Below are positions 26,845 to 36,828 of a stretch of DNA of 64,000 bases, piece after piece. The DNA lies in contig JAHWIR010000004.1 in the NCBI GenBank assembly GCA_019322435.1, positions 48,604-112,603 of the forward strand, written 5' to 3'. Source of the stretch: Candidatus Woesearchaeota archaeon. GTDB lineage: Archaea > Nanobdellota > Nanobdellia > Woesearchaeales > WJKL01. The notes below the pieces were generated by a model, which searched no databases, had not been told where the DNA came from, and saw only the letters and a program-made list of their open reading frames with translations. How positions within the stretch are numbered: the stretch's first letter is position 1; each line of letters opens with the position of its first letter. Position numbers and translations under genes: made by a program.

Positions 26845-28542
26845 TTATAAAGCTGCCTTGATAAAAGCGTCAAACATAGGCTCTGGCTTCAACGGCCTGG
26901 AATTAAACTCAGGATGAGCCTGTGTTGCCATGAAAAACTTCAATTCAGGCAGTTCAAGAATCTGCATTATTGGATATTTAGGAGCTTTTCCAGAAAACAC
27001 CATCCCATTTTTCTCCAATAATTCAATATATTTAGGATTGACCTCATACCTATGCCTAAAACGAAGCCGAACATCCCCATTATACAATTCATAAGCCTTT
27101 GTCCCTTTCTTGACCTCAACATCCTGTCCTCCTAATCTCATGTTTCCGCCTAATCCTTCAATCTTCTTCTGCTCAGGCAGGATATCAATGACCTTGTATC
27201 CGCATCCAGGCTCAATCTCAGTTGAATTAGCGCCCATCAATCCGCATTTATTCCTGATAAACTCAATAACAGCCATCTGCAGTCCAAAACATAATCCCAA
27301 GAAAGGAATATTATTCTTACGAACATGCTCTATACACTTGATCTTTCCTTCTGCTCCTCTTCTCCCAAAACCGCCAGGAACAACCAATCCATTAACCCCA
27401 GCTAAAGCATCTGAAACTTCCAACTCATTATCTTCAATCCTTGTTGTCTCAATATATTTTATCTTGACCTTTGCATTATTGTGTGTTGCAGCATGCTCTA
27501 ATGCCTTTAATATAGAAGCATAAGAATCATTCAATCCAGTATATTTTCCAGCAATCCCAATAACAATCTCTTTCTCAGTTGATTTGTACTGCTTGACAAA
27601 CTCCTTCCACCTAATCAGCTCTTTTTTCTGCTTCATCATACTGAACATCCTGTACAACCCTAATAAATTCATCACTTTCTCATCTGCTTTCATCTGCTTT
27701 AACAGCAAAGGAGCTTCATAGACAGTTGAAGTGTCATGCAGACCGATGACATTCTCAACAGGAACATTAGAATAAACACTTAATTTCTCTCTTATGTTTT
27801 GGCTTACTGGCTTCTCAGCTCTGCAAACCATGATGTTCGGCTGAATCCCTAACCCTCTCAATCTCTCCAACCCCAGCTGGGCTGGCTTGCTCTTCTGCTC
27901 TCCCAAAGTAGAAGGCTCTACAATATAACTCACATTGACAAAACATACATTTCCCTTTCCTTCCTCATACATCAGCTCCCTCATCGCCTCAATAACATAA
28001 GCATTCTCAAAATCTCCTATCGTCCCTCCGATCTCTACCACTACAACATCTGCTTTCTGCTTCATCCCCAGCTCCCGCAAAGCTCTTTTAATCTCTCCAG
28101 TTACATGAGGTATGAACTGAACATCCCTTCCAAGATATTTCCCTTTTCTCTCCTTCTTTAATATACTGTCAAAAACCATTCCAGCTGTGAGATAATTCTC
28201 CTTGCTCAAGCCCATATCCAAAAATCTCTCATAACTTCCTAGATCCATATCACACTCCATCCCATCATCTAAAACAAACACCTCTCCATGCCTGAATGGA
28301 TTCAATGTCCCGGCATCTTGATTAAGATAACCGTCAATCTTTATCGGACTTACTTTTAATCCAGCATACTGCAGTAACTTGGCTAAAGAAGAAGAAAATA
28401 TCCCTTTCCCAGAACCGCTCATCACGCTTCCTGCAACTATTATATACTTAACCTTTCCAACCTGATAGCCTTCAGGAATAGGTGTATAGAACTCAGCACT
28501 AGATTTATCAACTACTGACTTTAGGATTTCTTCGCCCCGCAT
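26845..28542 (-). CDS. pyrG: CTP synthase
   Basis: 565 aa; N-terminal synthetase domain plus class I GATase (GLCFGLQMAVIEF, HPEF). Confidence 0.95.
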   Translation of the reverse strand: MRGEEILKSVVDKSSAEFYTPIPEGYQVGKVKYIIVAGSVMSGSGKGIFSSSLAKLLQYAGLKVSPIKIDGYLNQDAGTLNPFRHGEVFVLDDGMECDMDLGSYERFLDMGLSKENYLTAGMVFDSILKKERKGKYLGRDVQFIPHVTGEIKRALRELGMKQKADVVVVEIGGTIGDFENAYVIEAMRELMYEEGKGNVCFVNVSYIVEPSTLGEQKSKPAQLGLERLRGLGIQPNIMVCRAEKPVSQNIREKLSVYSNVPVENVIGLHDTSTVYEAPLLLKQMKADEKVMNLLGLYRMFSMMKQKKELIRWKEFVKQYKSTEKEIVIGIAGKYTGLNDSYASILKALEHAATHNNAKVKIKYIETTRIEDNELEVSDALAGVNGLVVPGGFGRRGAEGKIKCIEHVRKNNIPFLGLCFGLQMAVIEFIRNKCGLMGANSTEIEPGCGYKVIDILPEQKKIEGLGGNMRLGGQDVEVKKGTKAYELYNGDVRLRFRHRYEVNPKYIELLEKNGMVFSGKAPKYPIMQILELPELKFFMATQAHPEFNSRPLKPEPMFDAFIKAAL

Positions 28543-28584
28543 TTATTGATTCAATAAGAAATTCTATAAAAATATTTACATACT

Positions 28585-29193
28585 CTAAAATATAGCTTGC
28601 AGCAACCCAGAATAAACCTTAAATCCATCAAATCCAGGTATAGGCAGCATATTAAATATAAACAGCCACATATTAATCTGCTTTGTCAAAAACACTAAAG
28701 GCAGATACTCTTTCTTGACCTTTCCCTTATCCAAAGCATACTTTGCTCCCAGCCATAATATCAGATTCACAGCAGGCCCTGCAAAAGCAATTATAGAATA
28801 TACAGCTGGCGTCATGCTTCCAGAGATAGAGACATAAGCAGGAACAAAAAAGATAAATCCAGCATTGACCAGCTTCAGCAGCATCCCAAATCCAAGCCAG
28901 AAATAAGCAGCCTGAAACGTTGCACTATAGCCAAAACTCATTGCAACAATCTTATGCCCCAGCTCGTGCAGTATGACAGCAGGAGCAATAGCCAGCATTG
29001 CAAACTTCATCCCTTCCCAGTCAAACCTCGGCTTTCCATAAAGAGAAAAAGGATGGCCAAATCTCCTAAAGACATCTTTGAATATAACTCCGAGTATTAG
29101 AGTCATTACAATGATGTCAAACACTTCCTGAAGAGATAAAAACACCATTTTAAACCATTCCCAAAGCAAGGGCAGCCAGCATTCCAATTCCAA
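28585..29193 (-). CDS. site-2 protease family (M50) intramembrane zinc metalloprotease
   Basis: HELGH in TM helix AVILHELGHKIVA. The real start is probably the internal MVFLSL (about 29148). Confidence 0.75.
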   Translation of the reverse strand: MELECWLPLLWEWFKMVFLSLQEVFDIIVMTLILGVIFKDVFRRFGHPFSLYGKPRFDWEGMKFAMLAIAPAVILHELGHKIVAMSFGYSATFQAAYFWLGFGMLLKLVNAGFIFFVPAYVSISGSMTPAVYSIIAFAGPAVNLILWLGAKYALDKGKVKKEYLPLVFLTKQINMWLFIFNMLPIPGFDGFKVYSGLLQAIF

Positions 29194-30325
29194 GCAATAA
29201 TATTATAACTCCAGCAATCAAATGCAATACCTTTAACTTCTTCTGCCTCCACTCTTCTGCCTCTTCTGTTGTTGTAAATCCAAAACCAATTGCAAGTGTT
29301 ATTATCAGCATTGGCAAAATAAAAATAAAATTATAATATATCAGATAAAGCAAAGCAATATTCCTTGTAGTTGCTTTTGCAAGCAATCCAAGAATAACAA
29401 TATAAGGCCCGGATGTGCATGGCAGTAAGAATAAGCTGACAGCAAAACCGATCAGAAAAGCTCCTGGAACAGATGTAACTCCCTTTATCAGCATCTTCAG
29501 CTTAGGCCTCCAAGACATAGGCACTTCCATCACAAACCACTTCCCATACCACAGATAATCCTTTAAATTAAACAGCCCAAGCAGTATAGCCAGCACCCCA
29601 ACAACAGCATAAAACCAGTGAGCCACTCCAGCTGCTTGCACTGCTGAATAAAGACCTATTCCCATCAAGAAATAAGAGATATATATTGACAATGTAAATG
29701 CTAGTCCAGCTAAAATAACCCTTTTCCTCAGCTTAGCAGCCAGGATTGTTGTCAGTAATATTATCAAAACTGCAAAAGCACAGGGATTAATTGCATCAAC
29801 AGCTGCAGCAACAGTTACTGCAGAAAATGTTAATCCCTTTAGTATACCATCTTTCTCCAGTTCAGCAGGACTGCTTTCTCCAACAACACTTATGCTTTCC
29901 TCTCCACTTAACTCGATAGGAGATATACATCCCTTGTCTACACAATCCTTGACAGCATCTTCTATTTGCTCTCCTATCTTATCGCTAAATCCTACAATAA
30001 CTTGTTTATCTATAAAAGTTGTTGGAACACCCATTATATTTGTATTAAATGCTTTTGTCATCTGTTCAAACAGTTCCCTATCCTCTTGATTATGATAAAC
30101 CTCAAAATGTTGAACTTCTAAAGAAGAGTATTTCTCTTGTAAATCTTCTAAAAACAGATTAAGTACAGAGCAATGAGGACATCCCTGTCCATAAAATACA
30201 TAGACTTCAACATTATTATCCTCAGCAGCAGCAATAGAACTAAACAAAAGAATTGCTAAAATAAACAATATTAATTTTCCCCTCATACCAAGTCCAAATA
30301 TACAGCTATTTATAAAAGTTTTCAT
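29150..30325 (-). CDS. thioredoxin-fold (CPHC) domain fused to DsbD/CcdA-type transmembrane thiol-disulfide transporter
   Basis: YGQGCPHCSV thioredoxin motif, then a TM domain with PCAF and LPCTSGPY conserved Cys. Confidence 0.7.
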   Translation of the reverse strand: MKTFINSCIFGLGMRGKLILFILAILLFSSIAAAEDNNVEVYVFYGQGCPHCSVLNLFLEDLQEKYSSLEVQHFEVYHNQEDRELFEQMTKAFNTNIMGVPTTFIDKQVIVGFSDKIGEQIEDAVKDCVDKGCISPIELSGEESISVVGESSPAELEKDGILKGLTFSAVTVAAAVDAINPCAFAVLIILLTTILAAKLRKRVILAGLAFTLSIYISYFLMGIGLYSAVQAAGVAHWFYAVVGVLAILLGLFNLKDYLWYGKWFVMEVPMSWRPKLKMLIKGVTSVPGAFLIGFAVSLFLLPCTSGPYIVILGLLAKATTRNIALLYLIYYNFIFILPMLIITLAIGFGFTTTEEAEEWRQKKLKVLHLIAGVIILLLGIGMLAALALGMV

Positions 30326-30374
30326 TGTTTCTATTGCATAAAAATATTTAAATGACCTCTCTTTTCAAAAACAT

Positions 30375-30731
30375 ATGACATCTCTGATTGCATGCTTAAG
30401 CAGTGGAAAAGGAACATGGGCTCATCTTGCTCAATTGATAGAAAACCAGGAATGGGATAATATATTTCTTATCACAGATGATTTTGGAGTCCAGAACTTC
30501 GAACCAGCCAAAAAAGTAGAATATATAATAATAGATTCAAAAAAATATCTGTCAGAATTGATTGAAGACATAAAAAAGCAGTTAGAAAACAAAATAACAG
30601 ACACAGAAGTTGCCCTAAACCTTATCTCAGGAACAGGCAAAGAACACATGGCTATTTTATCAGCTGTCCTAAAACTAGGATTAGGAATAAGATTAATATC
30701 TCTAACACCTAGCGGAGTAAAAGAAATATAG
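30375..30731 (+). CDS. hypothetical protein
   Basis: 118-aa ORF. Confidence 0.4.
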   Translation: MTSLIACLSSGKGTWAHLAQLIENQEWDNIFLITDDFGVQNFEPAKKVEYIIIDSKKYLSELIEDIKKQLENKITDTEVALNLISGTGKEHMAILSAVLKLGLGIRLISLTPSGVKEI

Positions 30732-30734
30732 TTT

Positions 30735-30860
30735 GCGAACAAAGTGAGCTCGTGCGGCTTTATGCCACACCTTGCGTGTCCAAGGAAATGCGAAGCATTT
30801 CATGGGTGCCGGACGTCTTTGACGACCGAGCATCAACTGAGCGTAACCAGTTGAAAGATA
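30735..30860. ncRNA. GC-rich (about 50% GC versus one-third background) non-coding island with several hairpins; candidate structured ncRNA, strand undetermined
   Basis: Sits between convergent genes and is not covered by any track ORF of 60 aa or more. Hairpins GAAATGC-GAA-GCATTTC, CCTTG-N6-CAAGG and CGTC-TTT-GACG are visible directly. Confidence 0.2.
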
Positions 30861-30865
30861 TCTGA

Positions 30866-31156
30866 TTATTTTCTCAAATGTAATAATTTCTTATACCTAT
30901 TTACCATAAATGTAACAACAGTGCTTGCCAATGTTATACCAATTGTCCAATTCAATAATGTTCTGAACAATTGTTCCCATCCAAAATAAGCATATAAAGA
31001 AAAAGCAGCTATTATTCCGATTAATAGTTCAACTGTAAGAAGCCTTTTTAGAGTATTTACAAATTTTTTAAGTGCATTCCTCTCATGCAATTCCTGGGCT
31101 TTTGCTTTAATAGAAGCCTTCTTCAGAATATCTTCCCACTTACTACCTCTTGCCAT
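30866..31156 (-). CDS. small membrane protein
   Basis: 96 aa with two TM helices. Confidence 0.4.
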   Translation of the reverse strand: MARGSKWEDILKKASIKAKAQELHERNALKKFVNTLKRLLTVELLIGIIAAFSLYAYFGWEQLFRTLLNWTIGITLASTVVTFMVNRYKKLLHLRK

Positions 31157-31159
31157 CTT

Positions 31160-31816
31160 CTACTCCATTACATTGTACCACTGTAATAAAAACCTGTCGG
31201 TTGCCTTGACCAATTCCCAATCCTTTCCAATAATCTCAACACAATTCTCCTTAAGATTGACCTCTCCTTCACCTTCACCTTGTTTCATATAGATAACAGC
31301 CTTGTCTTTGTTCTCGCATGTCACTATTGGCCTGTTTTCGCAAGCAGATGTCAAATTCTTGCTGCAGGCAGCTATTGGCTTTATCTCCATGCCTTTTGCA
31401 AGATTCAAGCTCAGCTCAGCAATCGATAAAGTAACATATGTATAGCTTTTCTCATCAGGATCAAAAGTAAGATAAACCTCTGGCTCTTCAAGCTGCCAAT
31501 TGATCTCCCCTATAATAGATATATCCTCTAGCTCTCTTGGTGCAAAATGAAGAGGTATGTCAAGGATAGTATCTCCGTCTCTTGCTACTTGAGTATACCA
31601 CAGATTATCAAAATAAATAAAAGAATAGCCGTTATAGACATAATTTACATCACTCTCTTCTCCTTCTAGATTCCTCCTGTGCAGTTCATCTATGGTTAGA
31701 GCAGACGGACTGTAAAAAAACCTGGCCAAAAAACTTAATGCAAATGCTCCTACAATCAGTGCGATGAACACTAAAATCCTTTTTGCGTTTCTATCCATCT
31801 TATTCTTCTGTTCCAA
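31160..31816 (-). CDS. membrane-anchored protein, paralog of 32648-33265
   Basis: N-terminal TM; shares YNGYSF...V.RDG...F.P.E.E.ISI and a C-terminal Cys-containing block with the 205-aa protein. Confidence 0.5.
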   Translation of the reverse strand: MEQKNKMDRNAKRILVFIALIVGAFALSFLARFFYSPSALTIDELHRRNLEGEESDVNYVYNGYSFIYFDNLWYTQVARDGDTILDIPLHFAPRELEDISIIGEINWQLEEPEVYLTFDPDEKSYTYVTLSIAELSLNLAKGMEIKPIAACSKNLTSACENRPIVTCENKDKAVIYMKQGEGEGEVNLKENCVEIIGKDWELVKATDRFLLQWYNVME

Positions 31817-32549
31817 TCAAATCATTTAACCCTGAAAATAAAGTATCTTTTATACCAGATTCTTCTTTTTCTTCTTCTGGCTCTTCTTCAGAAGGTTCTT
31901 CTAACAGTTTATTGATCAATCCCTTTATCTTGCCAAAAATACTAGAATCAGATTTTTCTTCAGGAGCTTCTTCTTCAACAGCCTCTTCAGCAGCAGGCTC
32001 TTCAACAGCTTCTTCAGGCTCCTCTTCTTCCTCTTCTAATCCAGCTTCTTCACTTAGTTTCTGCAACAACTCCTTATTAGTCAACTCTTCTTCTACAACT
32101 TCATCAACTTCTTCTACAGCAGCTCCTGTCGGATTTCTCATTGACAGTTTAGCTCCAATAAAAATAAGCAGAATAACTCCCACCACAATGCCAGCGATTA
32201 TTGCTCCTTTTTTAACCAGTTCTTTGGTATCGGGTTTTTCTCCTTCTGGAGCAGCTTCTCCTGCTCCTCCTTCTCCTTCTGAAGCTTCTCCCCCACCTTC
32301 TACATCAACAACCTGAACCCCTTCTTCTGGCTTCTTATCATCTAATATCTTCTTGATTATATCTATCTTTACCTTATTCTCAATCTGGGATTTGTCTTCT
32401 GGTTTAGCCTCTCCTTCTGGTTTTGCTTCTCCTTCTTTAGGAGCTTCACCTTCTGGCTTGGCTTCTTCAGGTTTTGCTTCTTCTGGCTTGGCTTCACCTT
32501 CTGGTTTTTTCTCTTCTTCTGCCATTGTTAAAAATTTATTTTGTTTCAA
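31800..32549 (-). CDS. acidic low-complexity protein with KPE(G)EA repeats and one central TM helix
   Basis: (KPEEA/KPEGEA)n N-terminus, TM helix AIIAGIVVGVILLIFIGA, poly-Glu C-terminus. Confidence 0.5.
   Translation of the reverse strand: MKQNKFLTMAEEEKKPEGEAKPEEAKPEEAKPEGEAPKEGEAKPEGEAKPEDKSQIENKVKIDIIKKILDDKKPEEGVQVVDVEGGGEASEGEGGAGEAAPEGEKPDTKELVKKGAIIAGIVVGVILLIFIGAKLSMRNPTGAAVEEVDEVVEEELTNKELLQKLSEEAGLEEEEEEPEEAVEEPAAEEAVEEEAPEEKSDSSIFGKIKGLINKLLEEPSEEEPEEEKEESGIKDTLFSGLNDLIGTEE
32395..32520. repeat. tandem 15-18-nt coding repeats (GGCTTGGCTTC-type) encoding the KPEGEA repeats
   Basis: Direct repeats read in the sequence at 32395-32520. Confidence 0.5.
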
Positions 32550-32647
32550 ATCATAAGATTTGAAGCCACGGAAGCTTTGCTTCCTTTGTAATCTTGTTGG
32601 CTTTTGCCAACATATTTTAATTATATAAGTATAAGATTATAAAAATT

Positions 32648-33265
32648 TTATCTTATAATCCCTACCATCTCATAAACTATCCTGTCTTTTATCCTAAGGA
32701 TATCCATCTCATTTTTTGCTTCAACAATTATACAGCTGTTCACTTCATCAATTTTAGTGATATTTGATTCCTTAAAATAGATAACAGGCACAAATGCACT
32801 GGCATCCTCGCAGTCTATTACAGGCATATTAAACTCATTCTCATCAGTCAATCCTATTAATACATATGTATTAGATATCTTAGCTAAACTCCCTTGCATC
32901 TGGTATTGGGCAAGAGCTATTGCTTCTGCATATTTATCTTCCAGATCAGAAGTTGTATCAATCTCCACCTTGTTTTTCAAAAGACCGAGATCAAAACTAA
33001 TATTGATATTTTCAACCTCTGCTGGAAAAAAATTAAAATTCAGTTCCTTCCCATCAACCCTGACTGTCCATTCCCTGCCTTTTCTTAAAAAAGAATAATC
33101 ATTATAATCAACCTTCTCTCCGCCATCTTTTCCAAACATATAGCCAATAACGCTAGTGACCATGATAAAAACAATAAACAAAGACACTATCAGCCTTTTC
33201 CTTTCCTCTTTCATAATATCAAGCAACTTAATTTTCTTTAAAAATTTATCTAAAAAACATAACAT
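32648..33265 (-). CDS. membrane-anchored protein, paralog of 31160-31816
   Basis: See the paralog entry; 205 aa. Confidence 0.5.
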   Translation of the reverse strand: MLCFLDKFLKKIKLLDIMKEERKRLIVSLFIVFIMVTSVIGYMFGKDGGEKVDYNDYSFLRKGREWTVRVDGKELNFNFFPAEVENINISFDLGLLKNKVEIDTTSDLEDKYAEAIALAQYQMQGSLAKISNTYVLIGLTDENEFNMPVIDCEDASAFVPVIYFKESNITKIDEVNSCIIVEAKNEMDILRIKDRIVYEMVGIIR

Positions 33266-33358
33266 TTATATAATACTACATACTTAGTAAGCATAAATAA
33301 TATAAATTGTACAAAATTGTATAAAAGTATGTAAAAGTATGTAACAGGTTAAAAAACA

Positions 33359-33499
33359 GTGAAAGAGCGTATAACAGTAACAATTGACAAAGAACTTCTA
33401 AATTGGATAGATAAAAAAGTAGATGAAAAAATCTTTGCTAATCGTTCTCATGGTCTTGAATTCCTCATAAAAAGAGCTATGGAGGGTGAGAAGAAATGA
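33359..33499 (+). CDS. ribbon-helix-helix (CopG-like) small regulator (46 aa, GTG start), below ORF-track cutoff
   Basis: VKERITVTIDKELLNWIDKKVDEKIFANRSHGLEFLIKRAMEGEKK shows a beta-strand then helix-helix pattern; ATGA overlap with the ABC ATPase start. Confidence 0.5.
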   Translation: MKERITVTIDKELLNWIDKKVDEKIFANRSHGLEFLIKRAMEGEKK

Positions 33500-34194
33500 C
33501 AGCTCCTACAATAATTAAGATAGTAGATGTATGGAAGACATACAAGATGGGAGAAGTAGAAGTCCATGCTCTTAGAGGAATGAACTTTGAAATAAAAGAT
33601 GGTGAATTCGTAGCAATAATGGGTCCGTCTGGTTCTGGAAAATCAACTGCAGTGAACATGGTAGGCGCCCTAGATATCCCGACAAAAGGAAAGATCTATC
33701 TGGACAGGAAAGACATCTCAAAACTTGGAGAATCAGAGCTTGCCCAGATAAGGGGAAGAAGAATTGGCTTTATTTTCCAGCAGTTCAACCTTATCCCTAC
33801 ATTGACAGCCAAAGAAAACATAACCCTTCCAATGATCTTCCAGGGAACTGCTGCAAACAAGAGAATAAAAAGAGCAGAAAAACTGCTTAGAATGGTTGGA
33901 CTGGAGGACAGGATGGATCACAAACCAACAGAACTTTCAGGAGGCCAGCAGCAAAGAGTTGCTATTGCCAGGGCTATTGCCAATGACCCGGAAGTTATCC
34001 TGGCAGATGAGCCAACAGGAAACCTTGATTCAAAAACAGGCAAGCTGGTCCTGGAATTCCTATGTGGGCTTAACAAAAAAGAAGGCAAAACAATCATCAT
34101 GGTCACACATGACAAAAATCTTGCAAAATGCGCTCAAAGAATCGAGCATCTAAAAGATGGGATTATAATCAAAACAACAGGTGGTAAAAAATGA
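33496..34194 (+). CDS. ABC transporter ATP-binding protein (MacB/LolD/FtsE-like)
   Basis: GPSGSGKST Walker A, LSGGQQQRVAIARA signature, ILADEPTGNLD Walker B. Confidence 0.9.
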   Translation: MTAPTIIKIVDVWKTYKMGEVEVHALRGMNFEIKDGEFVAIMGPSGSGKSTAVNMVGALDIPTKGKIYLDRKDISKLGESELAQIRGRRIGFIFQQFNLIPTLTAKENITLPMIFQGTAANKRIKRAEKLLRMVGLEDRMDHKPTELSGGQQQRVAIARAIANDPEVILADEPTGNLDSKTGKLVLEFLCGLNKKEGKTIIMVTHDKNLAKCAQRIEHLKDGIIIKTTGGKK

Positions 34195-35453
34195 AAACAA
34201 ATAGAAAATTAATAACATGGGCTTTATGCCTAACTATAGTATTAAGCCTTGTTCCATTAGTATACGGAGCAATAGCAGACTCTGCAAAACTGCAGGTAAC
34301 CCTGATAAGTCAGGAGCCGGATCCAGCAGAGCCAGGAGGGATTCTTGATGTAAGGTTCAAAGTTGAGAACATGGGAGGGGGAGGCACAGATAATATCATA
34401 TTTGAGATCCTTCCAGGATATCCTTTCTCCTTATATACTGGAAGCGCTGCAAAGAGTCTTGGCTCTATGCAGGCCTATCAGAACGGAGAAGAAGGAATCA
34501 TTGTCCACTACAAGCTCAGAGTTGATGAAAGCGCTGTAGAAGGAAATAATCTTATTGATATAAGATACAAATTTGGAGAGCTGTCTAGTCAATGGAACTA
34601 TGTTAGGGACTTTGTATTAAGAGTCAGAACAGAAGATATTGTTTTGCTGATTGATGATATCTCATCTATTCCTGAGATAATACCACCTGGTCAAAGAGCA
34701 AAACTGAAATTAACAATAAAAAATCTTGCTGACTCTCTGGTAAAGGACATCAAAATAAAGCTTGACATAAGCTCTGATTCAATACCATTTGTTCCGATAA
34801 GGTCAACAACAGAGAAAAAGATCTATCAGATTGCTTCCAAAGACGAGACAATACTTATATTTGATATAATGGCAATGGCTGATGCAGATTCACAGGCCTA
34901 CAAAGTGCCCTTAGATATCTCTTACTATGATGAAGCTGGAACAAGCTATGAAAAAAGCGATATCATCAGCCTTATAGTTGGGGACAAGCCAGACATGTAC
35001 ATCGGAGTAGACAGCTCAGAGATATACGGGGGGAACAAAGGAGGAAAAGTAACAGTAAGATTCGTAAACAAAGGGGTTACTGACATAAAATTCCTTAATA
35101 TAAGATTAAAGGAATCAGAAGACTACGAGATCATCTCTCCTGCAGAAGTATACATAGGAAATGTTGATTCAGATGACTATGAAACAGCAGACTATGACCT
35201 GTATGTCAAGACCAGAGAAGACATAGTAAATCTTCCTTTAGTTGTAGAATACATGGATGCTAATAACAACAAATATTCCTCAGTTGAAAGCCTGGAGTTA
35301 AGGCAATACTCTTCTTCAGAAGCCAAGAAATACGGCTTGGCAAAAGAAAGAGGGATTGGTGGAGCAATAATGTTCCTGATTGTTGTAGGCGGCCTTGGAA
35401 TATACATCTGGAGGCAGAAGAAAAAAGGCAAGAAGATATTTGGAAAGTGGTAG
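34191..35453 (+). CDS. large extracellular protein with N-terminal signal and C-terminal TM anchor (ABC accessory/surface protein)
   Basis: Signal-like N-terminus, about 370 aa beta-rich repeats and a C-terminal helix AIMFLIVVGGLGIYIW plus KKKGKK. Confidence 0.6.
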   Translation: MKTNRKLITWALCLTIVLSLVPLVYGAIADSAKLQVTLISQEPDPAEPGGILDVRFKVENMGGGGTDNIIFEILPGYPFSLYTGSAAKSLGSMQAYQNGEEGIIVHYKLRVDESAVEGNNLIDIRYKFGELSSQWNYVRDFVLRVRTEDIVLLIDDISSIPEIIPPGQRAKLKLTIKNLADSLVKDIKIKLDISSDSIPFVPIRSTTEKKIYQIASKDETILIFDIMAMADADSQAYKVPLDISYYDEAGTSYEKSDIISLIVGDKPDMYIGVDSSEIYGGNKGGKVTVRFVNKGVTDIKFLNIRLKESEDYEIISPAEVYIGNVDSDDYETADYDLYVKTREDIVNLPLVVEYMDANNNKYSSVESLELRQYSSSEAKKYGLAKERGIGGAIMFLIVVGGLGIYIWRQKKKGKKIFGKW

Positions 35454-35548
35454 GCTAAATTCATATTTTTTACGGAGGACTCTTGGAAGATGGGGTCAGA
35501 ACGGGAAAGTTTTCCAGGAGCCTCCTTTTCTTATTTTGAAATGGAAAA

Positions 35549-36766
35549 ATGATAAAGGATTACCTGAAATACTCGCTAAGCAACCTAACGCATAGAAAGA
35601 TAAGGTCCTGGCTTACTATGATTGGAATATTCATAGGAATAGCTTCAGTTGTAGCTCTGATCGGCCTGGGTGAAGGCCTTAGGGAAACAATAAATGCTCA
35701 ATTTGGATTCTTAGGAACAGATATTCTGTCTGTAACAGCCTCAGGCGGGTTTGGTCCTCCTGGAACAGGTGTTGTTGACCCGTTAACAAATAAAGAATTA
35801 GATGCAATAGAAGATGTTCAGGGAGTTATTGGAGCAGCAGGAAGGATCATGGAGTCTGGAAAGCTTGCTTTTAATGATCAAGTGGGTTTTGGCTACGCAG
35901 TAAGCATGCCTGATGGAGAAGATAGGGATGTTATGGAGCATCTGATGAACATGGAAGCTGGAAAAGGAAGGCTTTTAGAAGATGGAGAATCCGGCTCTAC
36001 TTTCTTAGGTGCAAATTTTGCAGAAGAAGACAATGGATTTGGAAAAGCCATACTGCCTGGAGCAAAAGTAGAGATTTTAGATGAAGAATTCAAAGTAATA
36101 GGAATAATGGAAAAAAAAGGAAACCTCCAATTAGATAATGCTGTTTTCCTTAATGAAGATGATTTAAGGAATCTGGTTGGCCGTCCTGATGATGAATATG
36201 ATATAATTGCTGTAAGATTCGATGAAAATGTGGATGTAGAAAAGATACAATCTGATATTGAAAGAAAAATAAGGAAAATAAGAGATATTAAAGAAGGTGA
36301 AGAGGATTTTTCAGTAGATACCCCTCAATCAATTATTGAAAGTGTAAATAACATTCTGCTCGGAATTCAAATCTTTGTTTATATTATTGCAGGAATTTCT
36401 CTTTTGGTTGGCGGGATTGGAATAATGAACACAATGTACACCGCTGTTGTTGAAAGAACAAAAGAAGTAGGTATAATGAAGTCAATAGGAGCAAAGAATT
36501 CAACAATATTCACGTTATTTTTCATAGAATCAGGATTCCTAGGAACAGTCGGAGGAATAATAGGGGCTATCCTAGGTTATCTGATTGCAACAGGACTTTC
36601 AGCTGTTGGGAGATTGGTTCTTGGCTCTAACTTGATATCAGCTCACTTCACTCCTCAACTGATAATAGGGGCATTGTTATTTTCATTTATTTTAGGTTCA
36701 TTTTTCGGAACCCTTCCAGCTGTAAGAGCAGCACAACTTAACCCAGTAGACGCTTTAAGAAAATGA
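35549..36766 (+). CDS. FtsX-family ABC permease (MacB-like, large extracytoplasmic domain)
   Basis: N-terminal TM, about 250-aa periplasmic domain and three C-terminal TMs, ending ...QLNPVDALRK, the typical FtsX C-terminus. Confidence 0.8.
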   Translation: MIKDYLKYSLSNLTHRKIRSWLTMIGIFIGIASVVALIGLGEGLRETINAQFGFLGTDILSVTASGGFGPPGTGVVDPLTNKELDAIEDVQGVIGAAGRIMESGKLAFNDQVGFGYAVSMPDGEDRDVMEHLMNMEAGKGRLLEDGESGSTFLGANFAEEDNGFGKAILPGAKVEILDEEFKVIGIMEKKGNLQLDNAVFLNEDDLRNLVGRPDDEYDIIAVRFDENVDVEKIQSDIERKIRKIRDIKEGEEDFSVDTPQSIIESVNNILLGIQIFVYIIAGISLLVGGIGIMNTMYTAVVERTKEVGIMKSIGAKNSTIFTLFFIESGFLGTVGGIIGAILGYLIATGLSAVGRLVLGSNLISAHFTPQLIIGALLFSFILGSFFGTLPAVRAAQLNPVDALRK

Positions 36767-36828
36767 AATTTTCTTAAAGTCAAGAGACGAGTGAAACGAT
36801 GTCGAAATTACTTTGAGGAAATAATCAC

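Noticed and set aside
30752-30844. 30-aa GC-rich ORF (MPHLACPRKCEAFHGCRTSL...) within the GC-rich island
   Set aside because: Its codon composition is unlike every other gene here, it lacks coupling or an RBS context, and the region is more consistent with a structured RNA.
31783-32316. 177-aa Ser-rich plus-strand ORF
   Set aside because: Antisense of the acidic KPEGEA-repeat gene; poly-Ser arises as the reverse complement of the poly-Glu/Ala repeats.
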